From positions 2,728,001-2,792,000 of the forward strand of contig NC_058383.1 in NCBI RefSeq assembly GCF_018350175.1: a DNA stretch of 64,000 nucleotides, given 5' to 3'. Both the position numbers and the translations under genes were made by a program. Shown in pieces: positions 1-11,650 of the stretch. The DNA is from Felis catus (Eukaryota). Every line of letters begins with the position of its first letter. The stretch's first letter is position 1. The notes beneath the pieces are model-generated. The model ran no database searches. It saw only the letters and a program-made list of their open reading frames with translations, and was not told where the DNA came from.

Positions 1-314
1 ACTGCAGAAAGCCTGCCTACAGTTCACTGCAAGCAAGACTCAGTGGTAACCACAGCTTTCCCCACATGGAATGCTCCTGAGAATTGACACAGAGGAGCCT
101 CGGGCACATGACTCGACTGAAGAGGTATTCATACCAGCCCTAATTCCCCCATTTAACTTCCTGCCTTGTTCCCACAGGGACGTAAGAGCTTTCTTTTATT
201 TGACTTAGAACTTCCTCTTTTACACCAGATGCTCTTTAAGACCCATTACTGACCAGTTCTCATGATGCTGACTGTACGATATTTGTCTCATCTTCTCCAA
301 GGGCAGGAGACAGA

Positions 315-470
315 GTCAGGAGATAGGGTTCAAATCCCGGCTCTACCTGTGACTGGCTGGGTAGCCCCAGGCAAATGATTTAAGCTTATTGAACCTCAGT
401 TAAGTGCAAAAACATACTTCCTGTCTCACAGGGGTTGTTGTGAGGGTTAAATAAAGTGCTTATGTGAACC
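315..470 (+). mobile_element. MIR SINE relic
   Basis: GGGTTCAAATCCCGGCTCTACC...GGCAAATGATTTAA...CTCACAGGGGTTGTTGTGAGG resembles the MIR core. Confidence 0.7.
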
Positions 471-1099
471 CCAGGTGGAGAGATGTCTACTGAATCCTTT
501 GCTAACGTCTGTCCCCTTCTCCAAAGTAATATCTCAAACCTTCCATACTCCAGTCTCAAAGGCTGGCAATTCTCTTCCTCTTTCTACCCCTTAAGTAGCT
601 AGGTCCTCTTTGAAGAGAGCGATTGGGGAGAGACAGAGAGAAGAAAATATCAGCTGCCTCTTCCTCAGCTTTGCCTCACCACTCACCAATGAAGCTGTGC
701 CCCCTGCCCATGCCCCAACTTCCCTTTGCAGAGGACTCGACAGCTCTCCCCTGGCCAAGGCCAAGCCTTCCCCTCATAAGACGTTCCTGGGGGTCTTCGG
801 GACTCTGAACTATTGATTACCAACCCCTCCTCCTGGTTCTCTTTTTCTACAGAAAAGAGAATTCCCTCGAGCCCGAATCTCCCTGCCATCTTCTGCCCTC
901 GCCCAAACCTCTTGAACATGGCACCTGAATTGCCCACCCTTGGGGTTAGCTCAGGCTCCCCACAGACACTGCCATCCCAGGTCTTGGAGGAGCGTCTTGT
1001 CACTAAGCACAGGGGTCACGTTTTAGCCCTTAGCTTCTGGATGCTCTGCTGTATTTGCTTTTGTCGATTGCTCAAAGTCACTTGTTTCCCCATCGTGGA

Positions 1100-2115
1100 G
1101 GCCCCACCCTCTCCCATCTTGCTTTCCACCTCTGCTCCCACCTTGACGGTACCCACAAACATCCTGCTGTCTAACGATGGACGTCACACAGACATCTTGA
1201 ATCTAACAGATTCAAAAGCAGATCAGGTGGTCTCTTCCACCCCCCCATCCCTCAAATTCTGTTCCTCCAACTGTGTTGGCTCGCTTAAGAAGCCAAACAG
1301 CCAGTTTTCTTGCTGCGAGAGCCAGAAAACAGGTGTCATTGTCCACGCCATCCTTTGTTATCTATGGATCCCACCTCCAAAATAGCTTCTTAATCTTCCT
1401 GTTTTCTCCCATCCCACTGTCCCTGGCGTATCCTATTTAAATGGCCACAACAGTCTCCTCTCAGGCATCCTGGCTTCTGATGACCCAACCCTAATCCATG
1501 GACTGAATGATGTTGCTGAGTCACATCTGATTAGGTAACTCCTCTGTTTAAAAACCTTCAGCGGGGGAAACAAACCATAAGAAACTCTTAAAGATAGAGA
1601 GAACCAACGAGGGTTGATGGAGGTGTGTGGGGGGATGGGCTGGATGGGAGATGGGCCTGAAGGAGGGCACTTGTTAGGAAGGGTACAGGGTGTTGTATAT
1701 AAGTGATGAATCACTGAATTCTATTCCTGAAACCAACACTGCACTGTATGTTAAGTAACTAGAATTTAAATAAAAAACTGAGAAGATAAAAGAAAAAACA
1801 AAACCTTCAGGAGGGCTCATTGTTCTCATGCTGAAGTTTACACTCTGAGCTTCCGCACATGGCTTTCCCTCTGCCTGAAACATCCTGCCTTCTTTTCCAG
1901 GCTGTTGATTCAACTCCTACTTATCCCTCAGGTTTCTGTCGAGACTTTACTTCCCTGGAAGATTTTCCCTGATTCCCCACAGCTGTGAAATCCTTCTGAG
2001 ATGTTCCTTAAAGTGCTTTCGCTTATCGTATGGTTCCTGTAATTGTTTATTTCTCTCTTGCTTAGCACTGGGTCTGGCACAAATCAGCAATTTAATAAAT
2101 ACTTGCTGAAACTTA
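1100..2115 (-). mobile_element. L2 LINE relic (interrupted by an L1 fragment)
   Basis: Degenerate L2 3' motifs (CCTCTGTTTAAAAACCTTCA, TTCCCTCTGCCTGAAAC, TCTGGCACA...AATAAATACTTGCTGAA). Strand is uncertain. Confidence 0.55.
1562..1799 (+). mobile_element. 5'-truncated carnivore L1 3' end with TSD
   Basis: Carnivore L1 3' UTR (GATGAATCACTGAATTCTATTCCTGAAACCAA), A-rich tail, TSD AAAACCTTCAG at 1551-1561 and 1800-1810. Confidence 0.85.
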
Positions 2116-2144
2116 AGAAGAGGAGGAATTACTTTCCACCAATC

Positions 2145-2335
2145 ATTCTTGGACACTCCCAGCGAGCATCAGAGTCCTCTGGAGGGCTTGTTAAAACAGC
2201 TTGCCGGGTTCCACCCCCAGCGATTCTGATCGGAACTTCTGATTCTGTAGTTTGGGGTGATGCCCCAGAATTTGCATTTCTACCCAGGTGATGCTGTTGA
2301 TGCCCGTCTGGGACCACACATTGAGAACTTCCACT
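2145..2335. mobile_element. MER5-like hAT DNA transposon relic
   Basis: GGAGGGCTTGTTAAAACAG...GAATTTGCATTTCTA...CCAGGTGATGCTG...GGACCACACATTGAGAAC. Confidence 0.75.
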
Positions 2336-3914
2336 TTACACAGTTGAAAGCAGTCTGAAAGGGGAGGGGTAGTTATTTTTAGAGAAGGCTGGGAGAAGTT
2401 TTTGGAGGCTCCGTACGTTTTTGGTACTTCTCTTCTTCGTAGCTTCTTTAACAAGAGCATTTCACGAGAGTTTAGCTTCTTAAAAAGTTCTCAGCTGAGT
2501 GGGCTCTAAAGTAACCAAAGCCCACGCCCCATTAGGGATCAAAAGCAGCACCTGGTGGCTCCTTAATGGGTTGCCAGGCAACAGAACAAAGGCAAGGCTG
2601 GGCTGGGATTAGCAGCTGGCAGGGAGTTTAGAGTGAACTACCCAGGCATCTAGAGAGGGTAGACCGCCCATCAGGAGAAGGCTGTGCAAACCAGATGCAA
2701 GGAATCCCCACGATCGTTGCCTTGATTTGCACGTGGAGGGGCACACCATCCCCTCGCCGACAAGATCATGCTGTAACTTGTTCTCTAATAGGACTGGGGA
2801 ATATTTTTCTCAGAAGAACCACTGAGAACCCATAAGGGACATTTCTTAATGACTTACAGGTAAGAAATGACTTAGGCTTATCACCCTTTGCTTTTAAAAA
2901 ATCAGCTCTATTAGTTTATTTTTGATTATAAAAATATAATTCACATTTGAAAATTTAAAATGTGCAGAAAAGCATGCAATTCCAAGTGCCCTGAAGGACA
3001 TTAAAATTTGGCATCCATCCATTCAGGGAAAAAAAAAGTTAACATAAATGGGATTATTCTATACATTTCTCCATAACTTTATAAGAAAAACTGATATAGT
3101 GGATATTTCTACATCAATACTTATACTTCATTAACAGTTATATGAGATTTTCTTGTATGGGTGCACCATATTGTACTTAACCTTCCCGGATGGGCATTTA
3201 GATTTTCTTCTTTTTTTTTTTTTTTTTGCTATTATTAGCAATCCTGGAATGGACAGCCTCAGACACACATTTCTGTGCATTTGTGAAGTGGATGGCTAGA
3301 CCAAAGACAATTAGTATTCGAAGTTTAGCTATGAATTTCAGGTTTCACTCCAGAAAGTTTGTGAATTTATATTTCCACTGATAGTATGAGCGTTCATTTC
3401 CACACACCCTCACCAACACTTGCTGTCATCAATGCTTTAATATTTTTATAAGCCTTGTTAATTTTTCATTTCTTGGATTGATTTCTTTGAGCATTCTTGA
3501 AACACGTTTTTTTCCCCCTGACATTCCTGTTCATGTTCTTTGCCCCTCTTTCTATAGGAATTGTTCATCTATTTTTCTTATTGACTTACAAAAGCTATTT
3601 TTATGTAGAAAGATTAATACTTCCTCCAGTGTATTGCTTGTTTCTCTTAACATTTTTTTCACAGTGCCATATGGATGTTCTTGGTTTTTAACTTGTAACA
3701 GTTGAGTATGTTGGTGTTCTACGACGTTGCAGATTTTCCTCTAAAAATAAAAAAATAAAATCATAATTCTATCATTTAAAAAACTTTCCCTTTTTATCTC
3801 ATTAAGGGCAAAAGATGAGAAAGAAGGCAGAATGAACCAAAAGAAAAATAAAGACAGAGAGGAAGAGAACAGAGAGCTATATTCATCATGTTTCTTCAAT
3901 TCTCAGGAGATAGG

Positions 3915-4065
3915 GAGTGATTCTCAAACTTTAATTTATATATGGATCACTTGGAGATCTTATTAAAATGTAGATTCAGATCCTGCAGGGGCCTGACATT
4001 TGACATTTCGAATCAGTTCCCAGGAGAGGCTGATGGCTAGTGGACCACACCTTGGAGTAGCGACG
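3915..4065. mobile_element. MER5-like hAT DNA transposon relic
   Basis: AGTGATTCTCAAACTT...GATCTTATTAAAATGTAGATTC...GGACCACACCTTGGAGTAGC. Confidence 0.7.
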
Positions 4066-4287
4066 CTTTAGAACAGGACAATGGGGTGGCCTCAGTGACA
4101 GTTCTAACTCCAGTTAAATGATCATTTGTTGTAAAACTCCTCACTCTCTCTAGTTAAGCAGGGAAGATTCTTTTTGCTCTTGAAACCAGGAGATAGCCAT
4201 AGCTCATTTTTTAAAGAAACGTAAGTCAGCTCTCATGGAGCAAAATCCCTCTACCTCAGGGTCTTTTAGAATACCCGGCTTTTCTAA

Positions 4288-4388
4288 GATTTTACTTGTA
4301 AGTAATCTCTACTCCCAACATAAGGTTCAAACTCACAACCTCAAGATTGAGAGTAGCATGTTCTACCAACTGAGCCAGTCAGGCACTC
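4288..4388 (-). mobile_element. Short old CAN-SINE (tRNA-Lys-derived)
   Basis: The reverse complement reads GTGCCTGACTGGCTCAGTTGGTAGAACATGCTACTCTCAATCTTGAGG...GTAGAGATTACTT. Confidence 0.75.
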
Positions 4389-7300
4389 TACAATATATGG
4401 CTGAAGGTTTTTATTTTAATTTTTTACATTTGTGGCTAAAGATTTATTAAAGCGAGTATATACAGGGATGAAGCGTTCTCTTCTTGAGACCTTCTTTTTT
4501 AGGCTCGATAAAATTAAATGGAGAGATTAATTGGCCCTTTTGGGTAGAAATGTTTCAGCTGTGTGCTGGCCTCTTCCCAGCATTATAAAGGGGTTTTTCT
4601 GTATTATTTTTTTTGAGAAAGAATAGCCACAGTCTAAACACATCCCTGAAGACAGTAATCTAATGAGTCATGTAAAAGGCAACATAATCTTGTGGGGAAA
4701 AAAAAATCTTAGAATAGCACCCAGGAGAGCTAGATTCCTACTCTGGCTTTAACATGGTTACCTTGTGTATGTTAAACTTCCCTAGCTTAGTTTCTTCAAC
4801 TGTAAGATGATCAATATCAGAGCCTCACTTACCCAGGATGATACTGGAATAAAAAAATTCACAGAAGTGTCTCTGGACCTTTTGGAGTAGCTGTGATACC
4901 CATGGTTCTCTTACTACTTACGGTATACTGGCTTGGCTTTCTAATTTCCAAGCAAGATTCCATAACTTTTTCTGAACTGTAAAATAAATTGTAGCAAAAG
5001 AGACTCTGGGTATTTTTTGAGTGTCTCGAAGTCAAGAAGTTGCCTGTGCCATATTCTTGCCTATGCTGTAAGGGCGTATGGGTGTGGCTTGCTATCTGCA
5101 AAGAAAATAATAGACACGTTTGTATTTGAAAGGAAAAGGTTAAATATGGCCCCGACTCAACTGGGGTGCAGACCAAGGGAAGTTTGGGGCGGTGCTCCCC
5201 AGCTGGTCCGAAGCACAGGAAACTAGCACTTTCTGAGTGTGTGAATTATCTCATTCCCTCGGAACAGCCCTGTGAGAGGGGAATTCTAACTTTTAACGGG
5301 AATTCAGAGTCAGCAATCTGCCCAGATTTCACAACTAGAAAGAGCGGAGCCTCATCGCTGACCAAAGTGACTTCCCCTCGTTAGCCATAGACTCCCCAAC
5401 CGTATGAGAGCACCTCTCAACACAGAGGGCGGTGGGGGGGGGGGTTAGTGCCAGGATGGCCCAGGTTGGCCCACAGGAGGTGCTCGGCTCGCAGGAGGTG
5501 TTCAGTTCACAGTAGTGCCTCTTTCTCCCCTACGCTCTCATATAGCCCTGTAAGTCAGACCCAAGGCTGCTGCAATGGAAAATAAAAGTTGAAATGCCCC
5601 CCTCACTCTCATCCACCTGTCCTCAGGACAACGTGCCCAAAGGGCGCCTCTGTGCCGCTTCAGGCACTGCACACCCGTGCTTCCACGTGTTTTCAGAGAA
5701 CACGCCCCCTCCGGACTGCTTCTCACTCTTCCGGCCCTCCTTGCGTGGGGTGGGAAGGCGGCAGGGGGCAGGCCCCGGGAACCGACCTAGGTCAGAATCC
5801 ACCTCCTCCGTTTGGCTGCTGTCCTTGGGCCTCAGCTTCCCCATCTTTCCTTTACAAGGTCCTTGTTGAGGCTCAGTAAGGGTGGATGGTGCACGGTCAG
5901 TGTTCTGGGAGTGGGACCCAGGTCCCTCTCGGAAACCTCGAAGGCAGTGCCGGCTCTCCCCTCCCTCGCCCCGAGCCCGGGGCAATAACCTCGTGGATCC
6001 AGCACCCGGCGAGGCGCACGCCCTGTCCAGCTGCCATCACCGTTTACATGATCTCAATCATCACATGCCCCCAGGCTCCTCCAGGCCCACTGCCAACAGC
6101 ATCAGACTGTGTGTCACCTTCCAGGCCTCCTCCCACGAAAATACTGGCCTTCCAGCCTCCAGAGCTCTTAGCTCACCCCATAAACTCTGCTAATGCTTAC
6201 CACATGCGACTGAGCTTGAGCGCCCCGCCCCACGCACCCTTCGCGGGGCCCCCAGGCCTGGCGCTAGGAGACCCTGGCCCCCAAAGGATCTTTCTCCCTA
6301 GGGGGGCCCTCCCCACTAGAACTCCCCAGGGGCCCTTCCAGCTATAAGACCCGCCCCCCTATGAGACCCTCTCCCTAAGAGATCCTCCCTCTTAAGGGAA
6401 ACTTCCCTTGGGAGACCCTTCCCAGAGACCGGCCCCTCCACTGGGCGGGAACAGGCGGCGCTGGGGTCCTTGCAGACCACACATGACCTTGGACGCCCCT
6501 CCAAAGCCAGAGTCCACTTCTGGCAACAGGCGGCGGGTCTGCACCTAGTGGTGGCTTTTGTTGCTAACGACTGAAAACCCGATTGCGCGTGTGTCTCGTT
6601 TGCAATCACAGTAACTTGGCGCGTAACTACCCGGACACCACCCACTGGCTGGAGCGGGCGGATCCCGGGGCTGGGGGGGAGGGGGGGGCGGGGAGGTCTG
6701 GCTCGGCGCGCCGGGAGGGGCGCGCCCACCTGCCCCAGCGCGTGGCTCGGGCACCCGGCCCAGCCGCCCCTCGGCCACAAGTGCGCCAGCCCACCTGTGA
6801 GCCCGCACGCCCGAGAGGGGCGAGGCCGGCGCCGCCCCCACCCCTGCGGCCCGCACCGCCCCCGCCCGAGCTGTCCGCCGAGCGCGTGCGGAGACGGCGC
6901 CGGCCTGCAGTGCGCGCCGCGCGTCCCTAGGGGGCGCAGCCGGCGCGGGAAGCCGCCGAGGCGAGCCCGCGGCCCGGCGTGAAATTCCAGGCGGGCGGGC
7001 GCCGCGAGTTTGAAAACAGGCGAGGGCGTGGGGGCGGGACGCGAGGCCCGCGAGCCGCCTCCCCTCGGCCAATCAGCGGCGGCGGCGGGCGCGGGCGGGC
7101 GGCGCGTGCGGCCGGGCTGTGAATGGGGCGCGGCGGTGGCGGCGGAGGGCGAGCGCCGGCGCGCGGGCGGGCGCACTTTCTCCTCAGCGCCGGGCGGGGG
7201 CGGCGGCGGCGTCTCCTCCTCCTCCTCAGCGCCCGCCGGACCCTCCAGGAGACGCGGCGCGGCCCGGGTGTTCCGGCCGCGGGGGCGCTGGGGGCGGCGT

Positions 7301-7430
7301 GACGGCAGTTCACCCCACTGACAACTTCTCCTCCGCCGCGCCCCTCTGCCGCCCCCGGCCCCCGCACCTGGCGGCTCGGCCGCCGGCCACCGCCCGCCCG
7401 TCCCGCTCGCGGGGCCCGAGGCCGGGCGCG

Positions 7431-7451
7431 GGCGGCGGCGGCGGCGGCGGC
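7431..7451 (+). repeat. (GGC)7 trinucleotide repeat in 5' UTR
   Basis: Read directly; ends 11 nt upstream of the ATG. Confidence 0.9.
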
Positions 7452-7462
7452 CGCTCCTCAGC

Positions 7463-7703
7463 ATGGCCCGGGGCGGCGGCGGCGGCGGTGGCGCGGCGGG
7501 CCCGGGGCGGCCGCGATGGTCCCCGCCCGGCCCCGAGCGGCGGCGGCGGCGGCCCCGGGGAGCCCGCGCGGCGCCCGAGAGCCCCGGCCGGGACGCGGGG
7601 GAGCGCGGCGGGCGGCCGGCGACAAAGTTGAGCGCGGGCCGGCGGCGCGGATGGTGGGCGCTCCTGGCGCTGCAGCTGCACTTGCTCCGGGCGCTGGCTC
7701 AAG
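7463..7703 (+). CDS. SDK1: Sidekick cell adhesion molecule 1, first coding exon (80 codons + 1 nt, phase-1 donor)
   Basis: The translation MARGGGGGGGAAGPGRPRWSPPGPE...KLSAGRRRGWWALLALQLHLLRALAQ matches my recollection of the mammalian SDK1 N-terminus (…GRRGWWALLALQLHLLRALAQDDVAPYF). Donor CAAG|GTAGGC at 7703/7704 leaves one G, consistent with the following Asp codon. The ORF-track extension to 8125 is intronic read-through. Confidence 0.93.
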
Positions 7704-7709
7704 GTAGGC

Positions 7710-7751
7710 GCGGGGCCGGGGCGGCGGGGCCGGGGCGGCGGGGCCGGGGCG
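7710..7751 (+). repeat. 3 perfect tandem copies of GCGGGGCCGGGGCG
   Basis: Read directly; begins 6 nt after the start of the donor GT. Confidence 0.9.
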
Positions 7752-9736
7752 AGCCGTCGGGGCCGCGTGGCGGGCAGCTGCCCTGCGGGCTGTGTCGCCG
7801 GCGGGAGCGGAGCCTTGCGGTCCCCGCCGCCCAACTTGGAGCCGGCCGCTCGTCGGAGCCCGGCTTCTCCGCGCGGCCGCAGGGGCGCGGCGCCGTCCTG
7901 CCGGGGTCCCGAGCCCCGGGGCGGCGGCCACACCGCCGGGAGCCGAACTTCGGGGTGCCCGCGGCTCTGCTCTCCCCGCGCTCCCGGAGAGGGCGCAGTG
8001 GGGGGACCGAGGAGGGGGGCGGCAGCTCCGCGAGCCGCGCTCGCTCCCTCCGCCCGGGTCCTGGTAGGAACCCGTTTGGCCGGAGCATCCTTTCCCGGGA
8101 AGTTGGCTTCGCCGGAGAAGGATGAAGGGAAAGCGAACGGCGGGCAGGCGGCGGTCGCCCAAGACCTCCTTTCGGGCGAGGTCTTCACAGCCGGGGCGCG
8201 GGGCCCTGCTGCTGTTGGCAGCTCTGGGGACGGTGGCTTTGGGGTTCCTCGGCCGTGCGGGGGGGAGGGGGGGCACATGCTGGCTGTCGCGGGAAGGGAC
8301 GGGACTGACGGCCGCGGGCGCCCCCACTTCACCAGCCGTGCGCAGCGGCCGGCGGAGACGCTCCCCACGGCGTGCGGTGGCACCGCCGGGACGTGGTCAC
8401 GTCTAGGCGGGACGAGCTCGGCGCTGCCGTCCGGGACTTGAACTGGTAACTCCGGCTTCCCTGCTGGGCGCTGACCTGACGTTGTGCGCCCCGTGGCCCT
8501 TCCCCGCCCCTCCCCGACGCTTTCGTAACACCCGCCTTCGGGGTGGGCTGCGTGGAAGCCGGTGGCCGGGTTCGCGGTTCACGTAACTCCCCGCGTTACT
8601 AGGAGGATTCTCGTCGCACTTGTGTGTGCGCGCGCGTGCTTCGGTTTGCCCAGTGACCGACTGGGGTAGGAAAGCGCTTCTGAAGTCATTTTGTGAAACG
8701 GGGTCTGTGGGTTGCTAGAGAAGCCAGGTTCGGATGAAGAAATCTGAATCACTCAGGCATGACCTTAAAGATAGAAATGGTCTTTATTGTTAAAAAAAAA
8801 ACCAAACAAACAACAAAACACAACAACCAGTGATTTGCACTTTGCAGTAAGCCCTGTCTGTACGTTTGCACATTTGAAGATGTGTGCACACGTTCAAAAG
8901 GTGGGGGAGGAGGAATCTGATGGTTTTGTTTTGAACTCTGTTGCAAGGATTTCAAGTTCTCAGTGGCGCTGTGAAGCCTGTATGACGTGTCGCTTTTTTA
9001 CAGCTGTAATGTTAATGAAAATGCATAATTAAAATGCACTAAGGCAACGGTTAAACTTTGTTAGGACGGAATATTTTATTCCTTGTTGGAAGTGAAAACG
9101 CGGGTACTTGTTTCCCATTTATATGGTTTATGAAAGTGTACAGGTCTTTGAGTGTAAAATTTCAAATGGGTTGTCACAAATCTTAAATTCATTGACAGGC
9201 TTCTGTTCTCTGTGCTCTGTGAAATGTGTAATATATCCATCATTTTTTATATCATATTGAAAATTCATATTACTGGGGAGATGTCACCATTTGACAAAAG
9301 CTCATGTATCTTGAAAATGAAAATTCTGGTGCTGCTATAGAGATTTCTGATGGGATGATGAGTTGGTCACATGCAAGGGAATATATTCTTGTGAATCTTA
9401 TCAGATGAAATGTAACATTCTAAATGGAATACTTAACACTAAGCTGGAACTTGTCCTAAGTACCATATTACAGTGGAGCTAGGTGAAGCGATTCCTAATT
9501 TCTCTGTAATTGTTTTTCTCGTAACCGTGTTTTACGGGGTTAGGCTGGGTCGTGAGATTTTGGGAGAAAAGTGCAACGCTGACTAGTAAAACTTAGGTCT
9601 AGTTACGTAGCCTAAGTTACATAATTGGCCATTATGTGAAACACCAGGTTCAGATCTTCGAAATATCACTTTAATGTGTCTTGGGGTTTCTTTCTAACAC
9701 CATAGTGAAAATTTCTTGAGTTATACTCTGCTTATC

Positions 9737-9737
<1 letters not shown>

Positions 9738-9779
<42 letters not shown>
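9738..9779. repeat. (GT)21 microsatellite
   Basis: Read directly. Confidence 0.95.
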
Positions 9780-9783
<4 letters not shown>

Positions 9784-10159
9784 ATATGGGGTAACTCTAG
9801 TTTCCTAAAGACCTGAGTCTTTAATGCTCAAAGGCAGGTGGCAATGCACGCTTTCTTTACATTGCCCACCAAGGAGCCAGACATAAGTGTCTTAGAGGGA
9901 CGCCTTCCGAGATGAAGGATGGCCGGGTCGTAAGTATCACATGCGTGAAGTCTGTGGTGCCTTAGCTTTAGTGCTAGACCTTTGACAGGGTTATTGATTC
10001 TGGTAATGTTTAGTACAGCCTCCTATGTTCAGTATAGCCTCGTGTGTTAAGAGTTTACATTCATCAAGCTGAGAGGGGTAGGAATGCCCTTCTCCGTTAT
10101 TGCTTTGGGGTTGATTATAGTTCTCGGTTTCTCCTTTGGAGTTATTTCCAGTCGCTTAG

Positions 10160-10500
10160 ATTGATGGTTCTTGGACTTTGGTGTGCCTCAGAATTACCTG
10201 GGGAATTTGGTGACCCTGTAATGCCACAGCTTGCTTTCCAGGTGATTTTGATACACACCAGAGTTGGAGAACACGGACTTTGATTGCCTGAGGTCTTTTC
10301 CTTACTCCAGGCACCTGCTGCTTTCCTGGAGTCTCTAACCCCACGCTTGTTGAACTTGGGTATGCGTTGGAATCACCGGGGAGCTTTCAAACACTGAGGC
10401 CTGGATGTCATTCCCAGAGTTTGAGGTTTGACCTGGGCATCGGGTTTTAAAACTCCTCAAGTGTTCCTAATGTTCAGCCAAGTTTGAGAATCTTTGCTCT
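10160..10500. mobile_element. Two MER5-like DNA transposon relics
   Basis: TCAGAATTACCTGGGGA...GAGTTGGAGAACAC and GGAATCACCGGGGAGCTTT...CAGCCAAGTTTGAGAA. Confidence 0.6.
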
Positions 10501-11439
10501 AACCCTTTTAAATGAGATCACATGACCCCATTTCCCTTTTAACCTTGTTGCTGATCTTGTGGTTCTGTAGTACCTTCCTGCCCCCCTCCCCCAATTCCAG
10601 TGACCTTCATACACTTGGAACCTCTTTCACTTAAACTTGTTCCATGTTTGTGATCCCAAACTTTGAAGTTTCTCCCTGATTTAATTAGCCTTTCATCACT
10701 CATTCTGTTCCTACTGTTGAGCTCCTACTTTGTGCCAGTCTGGGATATGCTTCAGAATCACTGGTGAAATTCAAAAGTACGGTTCTCTGGGCTCTGCCTC
10801 TGACTGGGAGGATCTCTGGAACACAAATTTGTGCATTCAGTAAAGCGCTATCACTTCTACAGGTGATGCTTGTATCTTTAGTATCACCTGTGGTTTTACC
10901 CTTGTGTTGGTCAGTCCTATAATCTCCGTTCTCTGTCATCCTCATTCTGACTTCGTGTGGTCTGGATGCTTATCTGGATCCTTGCCTGGACCACTTTTCT
11001 CAGGCCAATCCCCAGCCTTGGGTTAGATCTTCTAATTAGGCTTCTCTGCCCCTGGTTTGCTGGAAAAATCACAAAACTGTGCTAATTGGGTTTGCTGCAA
11101 ATCTAGCTTCATTTTGGGGCCTTATTTATGTTCTTCCAGACACATTTGGTTTCACCTTTTCCTCTTACATCTTGTACCCCCTTTCTCTTACAACTTTGTA
11201 ATTTGAGTTTCATCTGGTAACTTGAGTTCCAGGCTACCTGCTTCACTGGAGAGTCTTCATAGAGAGTGCTACACTTAGTAAGTGCTCAGATACTTACTGA
11301 TTAAATTTTATTAGGCCACTGCATGTTTAACAGATGGCAACTGGCCACTTGGTTGGTAACTGTCTTGTAAATCCAGTAATAAGCAATTATCACCCTTTAT
11401 GCGGCCTTATGTATAGCCACCTGTAGCTAACCTTTTTAG

Positions 11440-11650
11440 AGCCCTTCTTATGTGCAGGGCACTAAGTGCTTTCTAGGTAGGCTCATTTACTCTTGACCAC
11501 AACCCCTGAGAGGTAGGTAGCATTTGGTACTCATGGTACCTGTGGGGAAACTGAGGCACTGAGCTGTTAACTAAGTTCCTGAGACGACTAGTGATGGAAC
11601 AAAACGGAAAGCAGGCTGCTTGATCCACAGTCTGTGTCATAACCACTAGG
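11440..11650 (-). mobile_element. MIR SINE relic
   Basis: CACAACCCTGAGAGGTAGGTA...GGGGAAACTGAGGCAC is the antisense MIR core. Confidence 0.75.

Larger units (their letters stand above)
6500..8650. promoter_or_regulatory. CpG island / SDK1 promoter and 5' UTR
   Basis: Very high GC and CpG density around exon 1. GC box GGGGCGGGA 7031-7039, CCAAT box (GGCCAATCA) 7069-7073, no obvious TATA box. Confidence 0.92.

Noticed and set aside
813..1385. 190 aa ORF upstream of SDK1
   Set aside because: Non-ATG start, overlaps L2-like relic sequence, no recognisable domain.
7704..8125. 220 aa ORF as a complete single-exon protein
   Set aside because: Similarity to SDK1 ends exactly at the GT donor; the rest is intron read-through.
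5538..8441. Many long overlapping ORFs on both strands (up to 382 aa)
   Set aside because: Pro/Arg/Gly/Ala-rich low-complexity products are expected from stop-poor CpG island DNA; only the SDK1 exon matches a known protein.
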